The notes under the pieces: generated by a model
Database searches by the model: none
Told to the model about the DNA's origin: nothing
Seen by the model: the letters and a program-made list of their open reading frames with translations, nothing else
NCBI GenBank assembly: GCA_965203295.1
Contig: CBDBCZ010000016.1
Coordinates: forward strand, 992,001-1,056,000
Direction of reading: 5' to 3'
DNA from: Nitrospirales bacterium
Lineage (GTDB): Bacteria > Nitrospirota > Nitrospiria > Nitrospirales > UBA8639
Length of the DNA: 64,000 bases
Position numbers and translations under genes: made by a program
Part shown: in pieces, positions 26,401 through 39,118 of the stretch
Layout of the letters: each line of letters starts with the position of its first letter
Position numbering within the stretch: the stretch's first letter is position 1

Positions 26401-29400
26401 CACACACATATGAATACAACCACATGAATAGTGCCACATGATCTACAAGCATGCTAACCAACTGATGTAGCAGTGCCATCTGTTGTGAAGAAAGTGACCG
26501 TTACATTTCTTCCGAGTATGCCATTCAGTACGGAAGTACACACTTCCACACTTGTATCGCTCCCTTCCGTAGCATTGTATGAGGACTGATTAAAGCCGAT
26601 GGTCACAGCTGGAAAGAAAATCTGAATAAAATCACTACTCTTAACCATTTGCATCAGATTCCACCTACTGTCATCATTCATAATAATGACTCTGGTTTCA
26701 TTTGGACTCAGGGTCACATTAATATTGTCATCAGTAGTGGTTAAAGTCAGCAGAAAGTCCTCATCTTCCTCCAGAATATCATCATCACTCAACATCACAT
26801 CCAAGCAGATCTGAGTTTCATTTTCAGGGAATGTGACATTTTCTGCAATAGCAGTGTAGTCTACGGGGGTCGCATAAATGAGCATGACATTTCTCCATTA
26901 ATGCATAGCCATCAATACAATGCCTAACATAATATTATATAAAGCTCACCTTCAGTTGTAGCACTCACATCGAAACTAGAAAGGGTTACATTCACTTCCC
27001 TCAGGAGTGTGCCATTGATTACTGTCACATTAATGCACACTGTCACATTAAGGCTCTCCTCCACAGAGTAGATAGTCTGATTGAAGCCAATCATTAATCC
27101 TGAAAGATGCAAAGGTTTTCCCTGTCAAATTAATCCAAGCATACAAGCCATTATAACTCACCATCATCGTCCAGAATAGTCACTGTAGTGGTGTTTGGTT
27201 CAAGGATCACTCCACTTTCAAGTTGGCTCATATTTTGACTCAAATTCAAGCAAAAGTCTTCATCATTCTCGAAGTCACCGTCTATCTTAGTTGATACATT
27301 GTGGCATAGCTGACGTTCAGTTGGAGTGAAAGTCAGCTCATCTACAACTTGAGGAAAATCCACTGGGACCAGAAATAAAGGATCACTTTAATCGTAAATG
27401 CAGTGCATGCAAATCAGTGCATGTAAATGTATCTACCTCCAGTCGCCATTAGAACTACATGTACACAGTATTACAATTGCATCTATCTTCAAAGTGCCAC
27501 ATGAATACAAACATGCTAACCAGCTGATGTAGCAGTGCCATCTGTTGTGAAGAAGGTGACCGTTACATTTCTTCCGAGTATGCCATTCAGTACGGAAGTA
27601 CACACTTCCACACTTGTATCGCTCCCTTCCGTAGCATTGTATGAGGACTGATTAAAGCCGATGGTCACAGCTGGAAAAAAAATCTGAATAAAATTACTAC
27701 TCTTAACCATTTTGCATCAGATTCCACCTACTGTCATCATTCATAATAATGACTCTGGTTTCATTTGGACTCAGGGTCACATTAATATTGTCATCAGTAG
27801 TGGCTAAAGACAGCAGAAAGTCCTCATCTTCCTCCAGAATATCATCATCACTCAACGTCACATCCAAGCAGATCTGAGTTTCATTTTCAGAGAATGTGAT
27901 GTTTCCTGCAATAGTAGTGTAGTCTACAGGGGTCGCATAAATGAACATGACATTTCTCCATTAATGCATAGCCATCAATACAATGCCCAACATACTATAT
28001 AAAGCTCACCTTCAGTTGTAGCACTCACATCGGAACTAGAAAGGGTTACATTCACTTCCCTCAGGAGTGTGCCATTGATTACTGTCACATTAATGCACAC
28101 TGTCACATTAAGGCCCTCCTCCACAGAGTAGATAGTCTGATTGAAGCCAATCATTAATCCTGAAAGATGCAAAGGTTTTCCCTGTCAAATTAATCCAAGC
28201 ATACAAGCCATTATAACTCACCATCATCGTCCAGAATAGTCACTGTAGTGGTGTTTGGTTCAAGGATCACTCCACTTTCAAGTTGGCTCATATTTTGACT
28301 CAAATTCAAGCAAAAGTCTTCATCATTCTCGGAGTCACCGTCTCTCTCAGTTGATACATTTTGGCATAGCTGACGTTCAGTTGGAGTGAAAGTCAGCTCA
28401 TCTACAACTTGAGGAAAATCCACTGGGACCAGAAATAAAGAATCACTTTAATCGTAAATGCAGTGCATGCAAATCAGTGCATGTAAATGTATCTACCTCC
28501 AGTCGCCATTAGAACTACATGTACACAGTATTACAATTGCATCTATCTTCAAAGTGCCACATGAATACAAACATGCTAACCAGCTGATGTAGCAGTGCCA
28601 TCTGTTGTGAAGAAGGTGACCGTTACATTTCTTCCGAGTATGCCATTCAGTACGGAAGTACACACTTCCACACTTGTATCGCTCCCTTCCGTAGCATTGT
28701 ATGAGGACTGATTAAAGCCGATGGTCACAGCTGGAAAAAAAATCTGAATAAAATTACTACTCTTAACCATTTTGCATCAGATTCCACCTACTGTCATCAT
28801 TCATAATAATGACTCTGGTTTCATTTGGACTCAGGGTCACATTAATATTGTCATCAGTAGTGGCTAAAGACAGCAGAAAGTCCTCATCTTCCTCCAGAAT
28901 ATCATCATCACTCAACGTCACATCCAAGCAGATCTGAGTTTCATTTTCAGAGAATGTGATGTTTCCTGCAATAGTAGTGTAGTCTACAGGGGTCGCATAA
29001 ATGAACATGACATTTCTCCATTAATGCATAGCCATCAATACAATGCCCAACATACTATATAAAGCTCACCTTCAGTTGTAGCACTCACATCGGAACTAGA
29101 AAGGGTTACATTCACTTCCCTCAGGAGTGTGCCATTGATTACTGTCACATTAATGCACACTGTCACATTAAGGCCCTCCTCCACAGAGTAGATAGTCTGA
29201 TTGAAGCCAATCATTAATCCTGAAAGATGCAAAGGTTTTCCCTGTCAAATTAATCCAAGCATACAAGCCATTATAACTCACCATCATCGTCCAGAATAGT
29301 CACTGTAGTGGTGTTTGGTTCAAGGATCACTCCACTTTCAAGTTGGCTCATATTTTGACTCAAATTCAAGCAAAAGTCTTCATCATTCTCGAAGTCACCG

Positions 29401-31844
29401 TCTATCTTAGTTGATACATTGTGGCATAGCTGACGTTCAGTTGGAGTGAAAGTCAGCTCATCTACAACTTGAGGAAAATCCACTGGGACCAGAAATAAAG
29501 GATCACTTTAATCGTAAATGCAGTGCATGCAAATCAGTGCATGTAAATGTATCTACCTCCAGTCGCCATTAGAACTACATATACACAGTATTACAATTGC
29601 ATCTATCTTCAAAGTGCCACATGAATACAAACATGCTAACCAGCTGATGTAGCAGTGCCATCTGTTGTGAAGAAGGTGACCGTTACATTTCTTCCGAGTA
29701 TGCCATTCAGTACGGAAGTACACACTTCCACACTTGTATCGCTCCCTTCCGTAGCATTGTATGAGGACTGATTAAAGCCGATGGTCACAGCTGGAAAAAA
29801 AATCTGAATAAAATTACTACTCTTAACCATTTTGCATCAGATTCCACCTACTGTCATCATTCATAATAATGACTCTGGTTTCATTTGGACTCAGGGTCAC
29901 ATTAATATTGTCATCAGTAGTGGCTAAAGACAGCAGAAAGTCCTCATCTTCCTCCAGAATATCATCATCACTCAACATCACATCCATGCAGATCTGAGTT
30001 TCATTTTCAGAGATTGTGACATTTTCTGCGATAGCAGTGTAGTCTACGGGGGTCGCATAAATGAGCATGACATTTCTCCATTAATGCATAGCCATCAATA
30101 CAATGCCTAATATACTATATAAAGCTCACCTTCAGTTGTAGCACTCACATCGAAACTAGAAAGGGTTACATTCACTTCCCTCAGGAGTGTGCCATTGATT
30201 ACCGTCACATTAATGCACACTGTCACATTAAGGCTCTCCTCCACAGAGTAGGTAGTCTGATTGAAGCCAATCATTAATCCTGAAAGGTATATCAAAACAA
30301 TGCTAACTAAAAGTGTATAAATGAAGGGAAAGGGAGTGTATGTACACTGTCAAATGTTAAAGATAAGGCTGGCAAAGGGGGTTTATTTCCACATCATTAT
30401 AATCATGAAACGTAACAGCAGTCACAGACACAAAACGTATCAGTACTGTAACTATCTTGTAGAGAATATATCATTATGTTTCATGCACTCTTGGTTTCTG
30501 TCAGAAAATCGGTGTAGATACGCAGCTACGTTCTTTTTTTTTGCTTGAAGGGGCACATGTATAGGTATATCATTATAAAGTAAAAGGGTTCTATAATGTT
30601 CCTTATAGATAAGGTAACAGTGCATGGCCCAGTGTTTGATTTGATAGATGAGACTCCAGTGCCCAGTATTGGACTGGCATGCTGACAGATTCCAGTGCAT
30701 AGTCCAGTGGTCCTATATATTCATGTATAAACCTTGGGCTGGTAATATGATTAACCCCTCTAATGTGCATGGACAAATTGGGGATTCAAAGCACCAACCA
30801 GCAGAAGCTAGCGTGTCTCCTTGCATGCCTGATGATTAAAGGAGATGCATGCATGCATGCACTACATGCTGTTATTCTGTACAGCTGCATGGTAGTGGAA
30901 CACACGTAATTCTGCAACTCTAGTGATTAGTATATATAGTGAAGTTTAGCCTGAACACACTGTGCGCAGTCACAGTAAATTATTTTAACCGAATTTGTAC
31001 GTGTTTCGCTTTCCTATCAAACTATATACATATATACGGTACATATGTTCCGCGCAAACCAGGAAGTCGCGCAATCTTAGGATTGCGCTGCGCAAAGTAG
31101 GAATCCATACTTTGGCGCGCAATCCAGGGATTGCGCAGTTGTTCGCGCGAAGTTGGAGTACGTTGCGCAAACGCTGCATTGCGCAAATTCGTTCGTACAA
31201 AGTTAGAATTTTGATATGAAGTGCATGAGGGAGGAGTCAAAGTACAAACAGCAAAGGGATGAACAAAGGGTCAGTAAAAACAATAAATTTAACTACTGAC
31301 GGTGGGTACAAAACCAATCGCCAACATGATATGTATTAAAACCAACAATGTAGTGAAACCAACACATTTGTAGTGAAACATTTGTCACAACCATTACATT
31401 GTCAATAATTCTGGCAATCTACAATCACAATAAAAACTGATGGCTTGCAAGCCGCAGAGACACTGCATTACTGATCGAGCATTGCATTTTTATACATGTA
31501 TAGAAGTGTCACCATCGCGTGTGCGCAAAAGTGGAATTGGCTGCGCAATCCTGGGATTGCGCGCCAAAGTATGGATTCCTAGTTTGCATTGCGCAATTCT
31601 AGGATTGCGCAAATTCCTGGTTCGCGCGGAACATATATTATGTACACACATAATGCCTGAACACATGTCCTGCATTGGCCTCGTGCCCGAGGCTAGTCCT
31701 ACTTGTGATTAATATGCACTTTTTAATTGTATAATCTGCAGCATGCAGTCTCTTACCTTCTGATGAGTGGACCCAGGCGGGGAAGATATAGACGGCGAGC
31801 AGAATAAAGCACCAACCCCGGGCGAGGAGTCCATTGTGCGACAT
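23333..31844 (-). CDS. Calx-beta repeat type I membrane glycoprotein, multi-exon; 3' exons uncertain and possibly pseudogenised
   Basis: Signal exon 31757-31844 (MSHNGLLARGWCFILLAVYIFPAWVHSSE). Alternating half-domain exons IGFNQ..Y.V.E...TA / DY...TF...DD.LE.DE.F...I.DDD across 25689-30280. TM exon 23333-23474 (GIIIGTMLGGLLLMVVIYLTIV). Confidence 0.8.
26454..30285. repeat. Near-identical 1060-bp tandem cassette (4 exons plus introns, 2 Calx-beta domains), ~3.6 copies
   Basis: Equivalent ORFs at 27151, 28211, 29271 and at 27516, 28576, 29636 (exact 1060-bp offsets). Confidence 0.96.
31043..31636. mobile_element. MITE with ~100-bp GCGC-rich TIRs in intron 1 of the Calx-beta gene
   Basis: atatgttccgcgcaaaccagg...ggattgcgcag versus ctgcgcaatcc...cctggttcgcgcggaacatat; TA flanks. 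Confidence 0.85.
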
Positions 31845-31991
31845 CGCGACGATATTGCAGACTTTACTCACTGTTTGCTTTATACAATGCGCAGACTGCA
31901 ATTGAGTAGCAAAACAGCTTTTTTATCATAATTGACATGCTAGCTTCCTGCCCACTACGTCAGCGGAACTATATGAACACATCTTCGACGG

Positions 31992-32176
31992 ATAGAGAGT
32001 TTCACGTGTCGTCACAGATCACGTGCTCCTGCAGTACGTCCGTGTCACGTTCCGTTTATGCCCGTTCTTGCCCACCATGCGTGGGCGACTACATACGTTT
32101 GCTGCCCACCAAAATGGCGCCCTGGCAACAGTTGCTACATGCGCGTGACGTAAGATGATGTCAACGAAAACTCTAT
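31992..32176. mobile_element. Small ATAGAG-terminated MITE (possibly Harbinger/ISL2EU-type)
   Basis: atagagagtttc...gaaaactctat; internal cccaccaaaatggcg motif. Confidence 0.45.
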
Positions 32177-33419
32177 AATAATTATAATAAGGGCCTCCCT
32201 AGGCCCTATTTCACGGAACGGTACGGAACGGAATCATACACTATAACGCAGAACGGACCAACTAATTGCATGCACGCATGCGTATAATGTAATTCAAAAT
32301 TTTCGCGGGAGTTTGGCAGCCGTCTCGAGTGGTCGCAATCTCAGGCCATGACTTCTGTGACGGTGAAGGTTTCTACTACGCCCTTGGCAATAACCACTGT
32401 GGTAAATCTGCTCCAGAATCCACCACAAGATTCCATCTCCACTCTTCCACCGGTACGACCCAAGGCTGGTGACGCGTACATCCAAAAAGCACCCCAAGGT
32501 ATATTTCCACATTGACACTCCTAAGGAAACCTGCTCCGATTTCAGCAGGAATGCTTATGAGTTGGATCCTCCCAACAATTTCGGTATCTCGGGGACGAAG
32601 GTGCCGCAATCGACTCCCCCCCATAGAAACAAGAAGAATGACAGTCGAGTACACATTTAACCAGTGACAACTGACACCGGCCAACGCACTTCGCACGGAT
32701 TGCTGATATGTCACAGCTACATGCATGTACCAGTTGAACCAGTAAATAATATATTCATTTCTTGTACACTCGGGGGTGGACCATACTCAGAAGGACTGAG
32801 AACTACGTAGAGTAGTCTAACCCACAATTTTGAACTTATCCCTCCTAAACTTGAGAATATTCTTAAAATGCTGCTCAAAACTGACTTAGGGGTGGGCTCA
32901 TACTAAGGATGGGCTCATACTAAAAAAAGCCGCTGAGATTCTATATAGCAAGCATGAGTATGAGGCACTGTGTGCATGTTTGCATGTATATACATTGTAC
33001 AGTGTACATGTTTATACAAGCAAACATACACACAGTGTGTATTCATGTAGGCTTATTAGTACTCACTTGGAATGTAATTTCAGCCCATGATTGTATATGA
33101 GGGCCAGGTTTGGACAGGTGCCAAGGTGAACTGTGGTCAGGGTGGAGTGGCATAAGGCCAGGTTCATATACCTGATTAGGTGTGTATCTATTGAAACATG
33201 GTTTGTTTCACCCCTTGTAGGAGCACAGACTGTGTCAGCATCAGCAACGACTAGCCACTAGGCCATCAGCAACAGTTGCAGTAAAGCCGGTTACAACACT
33301 TCTGCGTTGTGGGACAGGTATTGGTGTTCTCAACAAGACTGATTCAAGGGGCAGATAGCAAAGTATGGGACCAAGCATTCAGTACAATTCAATCACTGAG
33401 ATGGACTTGAAACATTTTG

Positions 33420-33768
33420 TGAGTCCACCCCAGTATGGTCCAGCCCTGAGTATGAGCCCACTCCTGAGTATGAACCCTCCCCTGAGTATGGTCCATCCCT
33501 GAGCATAAGCCCATGCACCTTTGAGTATATGTTACTCTTGAGTATGAGTCCACACCTGAGCATAAGCCCACCTTAGTGTATACGACACTCCAGAGTATGA
33601 GCCCCCCCCCCCCCCCCCCCCCCCCCCCGGAGTATGACCTCACCCCCTGAGCCACCCTTGACCCACTCCTGAGTATGAGCTCACCCTCAGGATAAGCCCA
33701 CGCTAGAGTATATAAGCACACTCCTGAGTGTGAGCCTACCCCTGAGTACGTTCCACCCCTGAGTATGA
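33420..33768. repeat. Degenerate ~17-bp tandem repeat (CTGAGTATGAGCCCACC) with poly-C; inverse copies at 32771-32920
   Basis: Seen directly; resembles subterminal repeats of a DNA element. Confidence 0.75.
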
Positions 33769-35549
33769 GATGTAGGGATGGTAGCTACGCGCTGTGATGT
33801 GTGGCTGTGATGTGTGGGTAGTCTGTGCATGCATTGTGGTGTGCATTGTCGCTTGTTTAATTGGATATTTTGGGAAGTGTTTTTTTGGTAGTGGTGCATC
33901 CCTACATAACTTGTTTTTGCACTTTTTGGCAAAGTGCCTTTTCTGTAACTTTAGAATATAGAATAAGGGCCCATGTGCAAGTTGACAGTCAATATTGGAC
34001 GTGGTAATGACCCCTACAAATATAGTATAAGTCCCTGCATGGATTCACCTATATATGCACTCTACCATGGCCTGTGTTTGTAGTGGTCAGAAAATATAGA
34101 GTACGTAACCTGCAAGTGGCACAAATAATTCAACTGCCTGAAAAGCTGAGACATGCTATTCCAAGGTAGACCATCAGCTATAGGAGTAACAAATGTTGCA
34201 CAGATGGGTGACAGGGCATGGCGGATGCTTGCCGAGGAATCATTTAGCTGATTGATGCTGAAAAACTGTAGGTGGTGAATTCTAAAAGCAGGACTTAGGC
34301 CTAGAATTTACTTTTCCAACTGAAAGTGATAGCCAGGGAGTCAGGCTTCATGACAAATAATTCATTTGATGATCATTCATGAAGTCCCACTTTCTAGTTT
34401 TCACACAGAGCAGCTGGTAAAGGTTGGGAGGGAGCTCATGTGCAAGGCCTGCCCTACTATAGAGTCAGATATATCATCCCAGCTAGGGGTACTTAGTCAG
34501 AGCATGTATATAGCTAAACCCCTCTCCCCCTATTAATTTGGCAAAGGAATTCATTTGTCATTACGCTTCTCACACCAATTTTATTTTGCTTTCAAAATGT
34601 AGGAATGATGCTATACATAACTTAGTTTTGTTGAGCTTTGTATGACAGCATGTGTTCAGTTTCGTCTGGCAAAAGTGGGTGATGCAAAACTTTCTTTCAG
34701 AGCCTAGATTGCAAAAATGAACATTTGGAGGGTTTTGTGTGAGTTTTGACCTTTAAAATGGGTTTGAAGTGTCCATCTAAAGGTTAATTAAACTGTGCTA
34801 TTCAGTTTGTCACTAGCTTCTATTGGCTGATTTATAAGTACATGATAGCTGGCCTGGAATCTAGTTACATGAATCTCTATCGCCAAACTACTTTTTATCA
34901 ACAGTTTTACAGATTGCTTATTATTGTTTATCTAAAAAGCACAATAGTTGACCGTTGTATATTTTGTTTGCTTACTTTACTGTACATGTGAAATTCTGTG
35001 TAGTAGCCTCTATCTTGTTCAGCTTAAATGATAAATTTAGTAGGACTAGCGATAGCTCGCATGCTCTATACTCTACAGCTTGCTTCCCTATTTCCATGTA
35101 TTTTCTCTTTTATGTTCAACACATGAGCGTGCAGAAGCCCAGATCTGGGGAAAGCATCTGGTTCTACATGTACTGTGTACATTGAAGTTGCATACTACAA
35201 TGAATCAGATGTTTCCTGATAAACATATTTGGCCACCCCATGTATATATTTAGCCTACAACTGTAGTACTTCTTTGTAAGCATGCATGGAATCTTCTGCA
35301 GAAATTATATTCCCCTCTCTCCGAATCTGAGGGAGCAAATACACTCTAACAAATACATGTGGTTAACTCATAAAAAAGAATAACAGTGCTGGTATTGTTT
35401 AAATATTGTTCCTAGATAAAAATAATTGTCCTGTAGTTAGACCAATAGTTGATAAAAATTGAACATATGAATACTGAGAGATTTTGTTACATGCCTTACA
35501 ACTGTGTACAAATATTTCACACTGATAGAGTGTAATATGTAGAGCCCGA

Positions 35550-37388
35550 TCATTCCACAAAGGAAGGTAGATCATTGACAGCTTCATTATTGTATTGTGC
35601 GATATTCATAGGGTCTTGTAGCAGAGCTGCACATTCCTCGGGATTGGCAAGACGATCCGGCAGAAGTGATTCCTCTGAGTTACTTTGCCTCAGTACACTT
35701 TTACACAGTAGCTGAACTTTGAGCACCAGCTCTGCAATTGTTGTGTGTCGGAAGAAAAGCCAGTAGGCTACCACTATTGTCATATAGATTAGTGGAGTTG
35801 GCACTAATACGGAATGTAAGACAGCTATCACAATGGTGAAGGGTGAATTTTGCGTCATTTTGACATGTGCGTTTGCTAATGTACCACCAACAATACAAAA
35901 GTATATCAATGCAACAACAAGAACCAACACTGTATCAACTGCATTGTGAACGGGTGACTTATAAGGTTGCCCTACAGCAAACAAAATAGCAAACAACGTA
36001 AACATCACTCCTGCAATAAAGCATGTCATGTATACAGAAGAACTCAAGCTGACTGCCATCACCATGAAAAAGCAGATACGAATAAAAAGATACATTGCTG
36101 AAAAAGATCGAAAATCTCTTGTACCATCAGTGCCATTCTTATAGCAGCCTTGAAAGGCATCCATAAATACATACAATGCTTGGCATCTCAGCTTGCAAGA
36201 ATTAAGGATCTTGTGAAAATAGTGACTGGGGTAAATACACAAAAGCATTAGAGGGAGAATATTGAATATGGAGAGCACTGCAATTGCCAGAATAGCATAG
36301 GGCAAGTGCTGTTTGCCAAAATATTCTACGGTTCCATCAAAGTAGAGGTAGGGTTCCAGTGTCTCCCGATGGGCATTATAAAGATGTACTGGAACAAGAA
36401 AATCAAATGATACACTGAGAAATTTGACATATGAAAGGAGAAGAAAAGATGCAAAGGCTTCAACCAAGGATGTTTGGATATCCCACTGCCTCTGAAGACG
36501 AGCAAAGCATATACGAAAAGGCTTCCACAACCATACAACTAATTTGCAGTCGTGATTATGTAGTTTAACAAGTGAATATGTCATTATTGTCAAGAAAAGT
36601 GGGTATGCTGCTATAATGTAGTCAAGTGCCAATACTTGGAGAGTACTCATACCGGGATGCAAGCAAAATCTAGGGTATAGAGTACGGAAAAAGTCCAGGT
36701 TCCAGAAGCCGTGTAATGATTCAAATACTGCAATTATAGTACCCCATGAACGTCCATGAACACTGGAGACTATTCTTACTTGCATAGGCGATGTCAATAC
36801 TTGGGAAGCTAGTAGGAATGCATTCATAGAGGGTGAAGTAGCATTGATGTGAAAGGTGATTACTATAGCAAAAAAAAGCGTCAGTGGCAGAAATGCAGCA
36901 ACACAGTACTTCAAACAATTTGTGAAAAAATGACCATGTGAACACCTCACACATCGCCAGTCGTAAGAGTATACAGGTGGAGCGAATCCTTCCTTACACC
37001 TTCCACACAACTGACCCTCTCGATTACTCACAAAACTTCCTTCTCCACACATATCGTCGGACAGGTCACTGATTATGACATTTTGAGCTCTTTCACATGT
37101 GTACATGCAGGCACCAACAACAGTGATATTTGGGTCCTTTGCATAAAATGACATACAAAAGCATGGCTGTAGCTCTATTTTTAAGTTACTTTCATCACAG
37201 TGAACCACACCTCCCACATCAAAACCACATCTACACTGCATATGACCGTTAGTGTTCTCAGAAATACTCCACAAACCAGCGCAGGAGAGAGTCGATGACT
37301 TCACAACAGTGCCGTTTCCATGATCTCCATACGTATACTGGGTGCTGCCTTGCTCCAGCAATAGTAGTAGACAGATCACTATCAGCAT
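35550..37388 (-). CDS. Intronless signal peptide + Cys-rich ectodomain + multi-pass TM protein (paralog 1; uncharacterised expanded family)
   Basis: ~610-aa ORF; NREGQLCGRCKEGF, GFWNLDFFR, FLLLSYVK, DAFQGCYKNG; several hydrophobic helices. The likely ATG is MLIVICLLLLL. Confidence 0.88.
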   Translation of the reverse strand: MLIVICLLLLLEQGSTQYTYGDHGNGTVVKSSTLSCAGLWSISENTNGHMQCRCGFDVGGVVHCDESNLKIELQPCFCMSFYAKDPNITVVGACMYTCERAQNVIISDLSDDMCGEGSFVSNREGQLCGRCKEGFAPPVYSYDWRCVRCSHGHFFTNCLKYCVAAFLPLTLFFAIVITFHINATSPSMNAFLLASQVLTSPMQVRIVSSVHGRSWGTIIAVFESLHGFWNLDFFRTLYPRFCLHPGMSTLQVLALDYIIAAYPLFLTIMTYSLVKLHNHDCKLVVWLWKPFRICFARLQRQWDIQTSLVEAFASFLLLSYVKFLSVSFDFLVPVHLYNAHRETLEPYLYFDGTVEYFGKQHLPYAILAIAVLSIFNILPLMLLCIYPSHYFHKILNSCKLRCQALYVFMDAFQGCYKNGTDGTRDFRSFSAMYLFIRICFFMVMAVSLSSSVYMTCFIAGVMFTLFAILFAVGQPYKSPVHNAVDTVLVLVVALIYFCIVGGTLANAHVKMTQNSPFTIVIAVLHSVLVPTPLIYMTIVVAYWLFFRHTTIAELVLKVQLLCKSVLRQSNSEESLLPDRLANPEECAALLQDPMNIAQYNNEAVNDLPSFVE

Positions 37389-38059
37389 TATGAATGTCAG
37401 CAGAGCCACAATGACTGTATACGCACTCAGATGAGCCAGTAATTGTACTTACAGCCGTGCTTGGCGAACTAAATAGTCCTTTATCTATGGGCAATCTGTG
37501 AAATCTTTTTGTACTGTTTTGAAACTGCATGAGATTTATCTGCATGGACGATCACTCACGAGGATTAATTTAAACTACTTTTCAACAACACACACACAAT
37601 TTGCCATTTTCACTAGCAGTATCAGCTGGGGTTTTTACTTCAATATTTTCTAAACTGAAGGCATGCATGTGTGGGAAAGTTTTCATTGTTTACTGTTTTC
37701 TTCTGCTGACATTCAATCTCCTTGGAAATCAATTGTCAGGGATTCCCTATACAGACAACCAGCAACTCAGTCTCTTTGCATGAGTTAATCCCCATAAAGA
37801 TAAATAAATGTCATTACCACTTCTTCAGAGATACTTTCTATTTGATAGCAAAACATGTGTGGTGCTTATCAGTGACTGTGTACAGGTAGCTATAGCTCTC
37901 CTAGAGTGCATGTTTGGTCAAGGACAACTAGATTTGCACTTTATGTAGTAGCTAATTTCTCATCTCTGCACTCATCATACCAGTTGTTTATAATGCAGGC
38001 AGTCATTATTGCATTCATTCACTTCAACCCACTTTGGCAAAAAGTATATTGATGAATCA

Positions 38060-38260
38060 GGGGATGATGGTATCTCCATTGACTGTAGTCCCCATTGACA
38101 AGTGCATTGGCCGACCAGCCTGCATTAGTTCCTGACCACGATTGTGTTCAGCTTCTACTTTTGATGTTTCATGTGTTTGACATATGGCTCCCCTAGCAAT
38201 AGTAGTAGACAGATGGCTAGCAGCAAACTTTATGTAGAAGAGCCACGATAATATTGATGT
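38060..38260 (-). pseudogene. Relic 5' end of a third paralog
   Basis: agcaatagtagtagacagat and agagccac match the signal-peptide region of paralog 1 (37357-37410); followed by stop codons. Confidence 0.5.
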
Positions 38261-39118
38261 ACTGACAGCTGAGCTCAGCAAGCTATCCTCAGAATATATT
38301 ATTGTTCCACTAAGGCCAATCTTTAAGTACATTCCAATGTATTACATCACTCTGGTTATTAAGATTGGTATTCTAATGCAAAAGCAGTTGTTGTTTGAAA
38401 ACTTGGCGAAAGTAAGCTATCTACATGGACACAGCTACTTACGAGCAGCCTTTAAAGTTAATTTCTATACAGGGCCACTACACAAACCATCACATGCATA
38501 CTGACATTAGGATGACTAGTAAAAGTGGCTGAGTGTATCAGTAATATAGTGGAGCAATAATGTTCATTTCAACTTCCATATAAGGTCAATGCATTATTTA
38601 ATGAACTCCAATTTTTGCAGCAGCTTACTTTAAAACTATCAATTATCAAAATTGGGTCCTAAAACCTCTCTATATGGGAGTTATAGCTCAAAATTGTATT
38701 GCTGGAGACCATCCAGCCTGTTGTATTATAGGGCAAGTGTAACTCCAGAGTAGATGATGCTTCCAGCACCAGATTTTTTGAGGAATTTCCAATATACACA
38801 TAGGTTATAAATACTGCTAAGTTTGTGTAGTTAGCATATCTTCCATAGTAGTTTCGAAAACAATTCATACGTTTATTATTACAGGCCTTTAGCTTAAAGT
38901 TATCATGTGGCAACAGTATGCCGTACAGTGTTTGCATTGCAGACCACTATATTTGTTACTCAAATATTGGTGGAGATACACCCTACCATTCATTATCTAT
39001 AATTCATGCAATTTCAAATCTGCACTTAATTGAGTAGTTTCTTTTTCAATGGAGCAACGCTTACAAGAAATATTAAATTTCTACATAAACTCCTATGTAT
39101 AAAACATAACGGGGTGTG

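Noticed and set aside
30985..31712. Similar ORFs on opposite strands (RNLRIALRKVGIHTLARNP)
   Set aside because: Artefact of the MITE's inverted repeats.
32294..32726. Short GC-richer ORFs upstream of the Calx-beta gene
   Set aside because: No recognisable domain; adjoins sequence repeated at 51.3 kb, so probably transposon interior.
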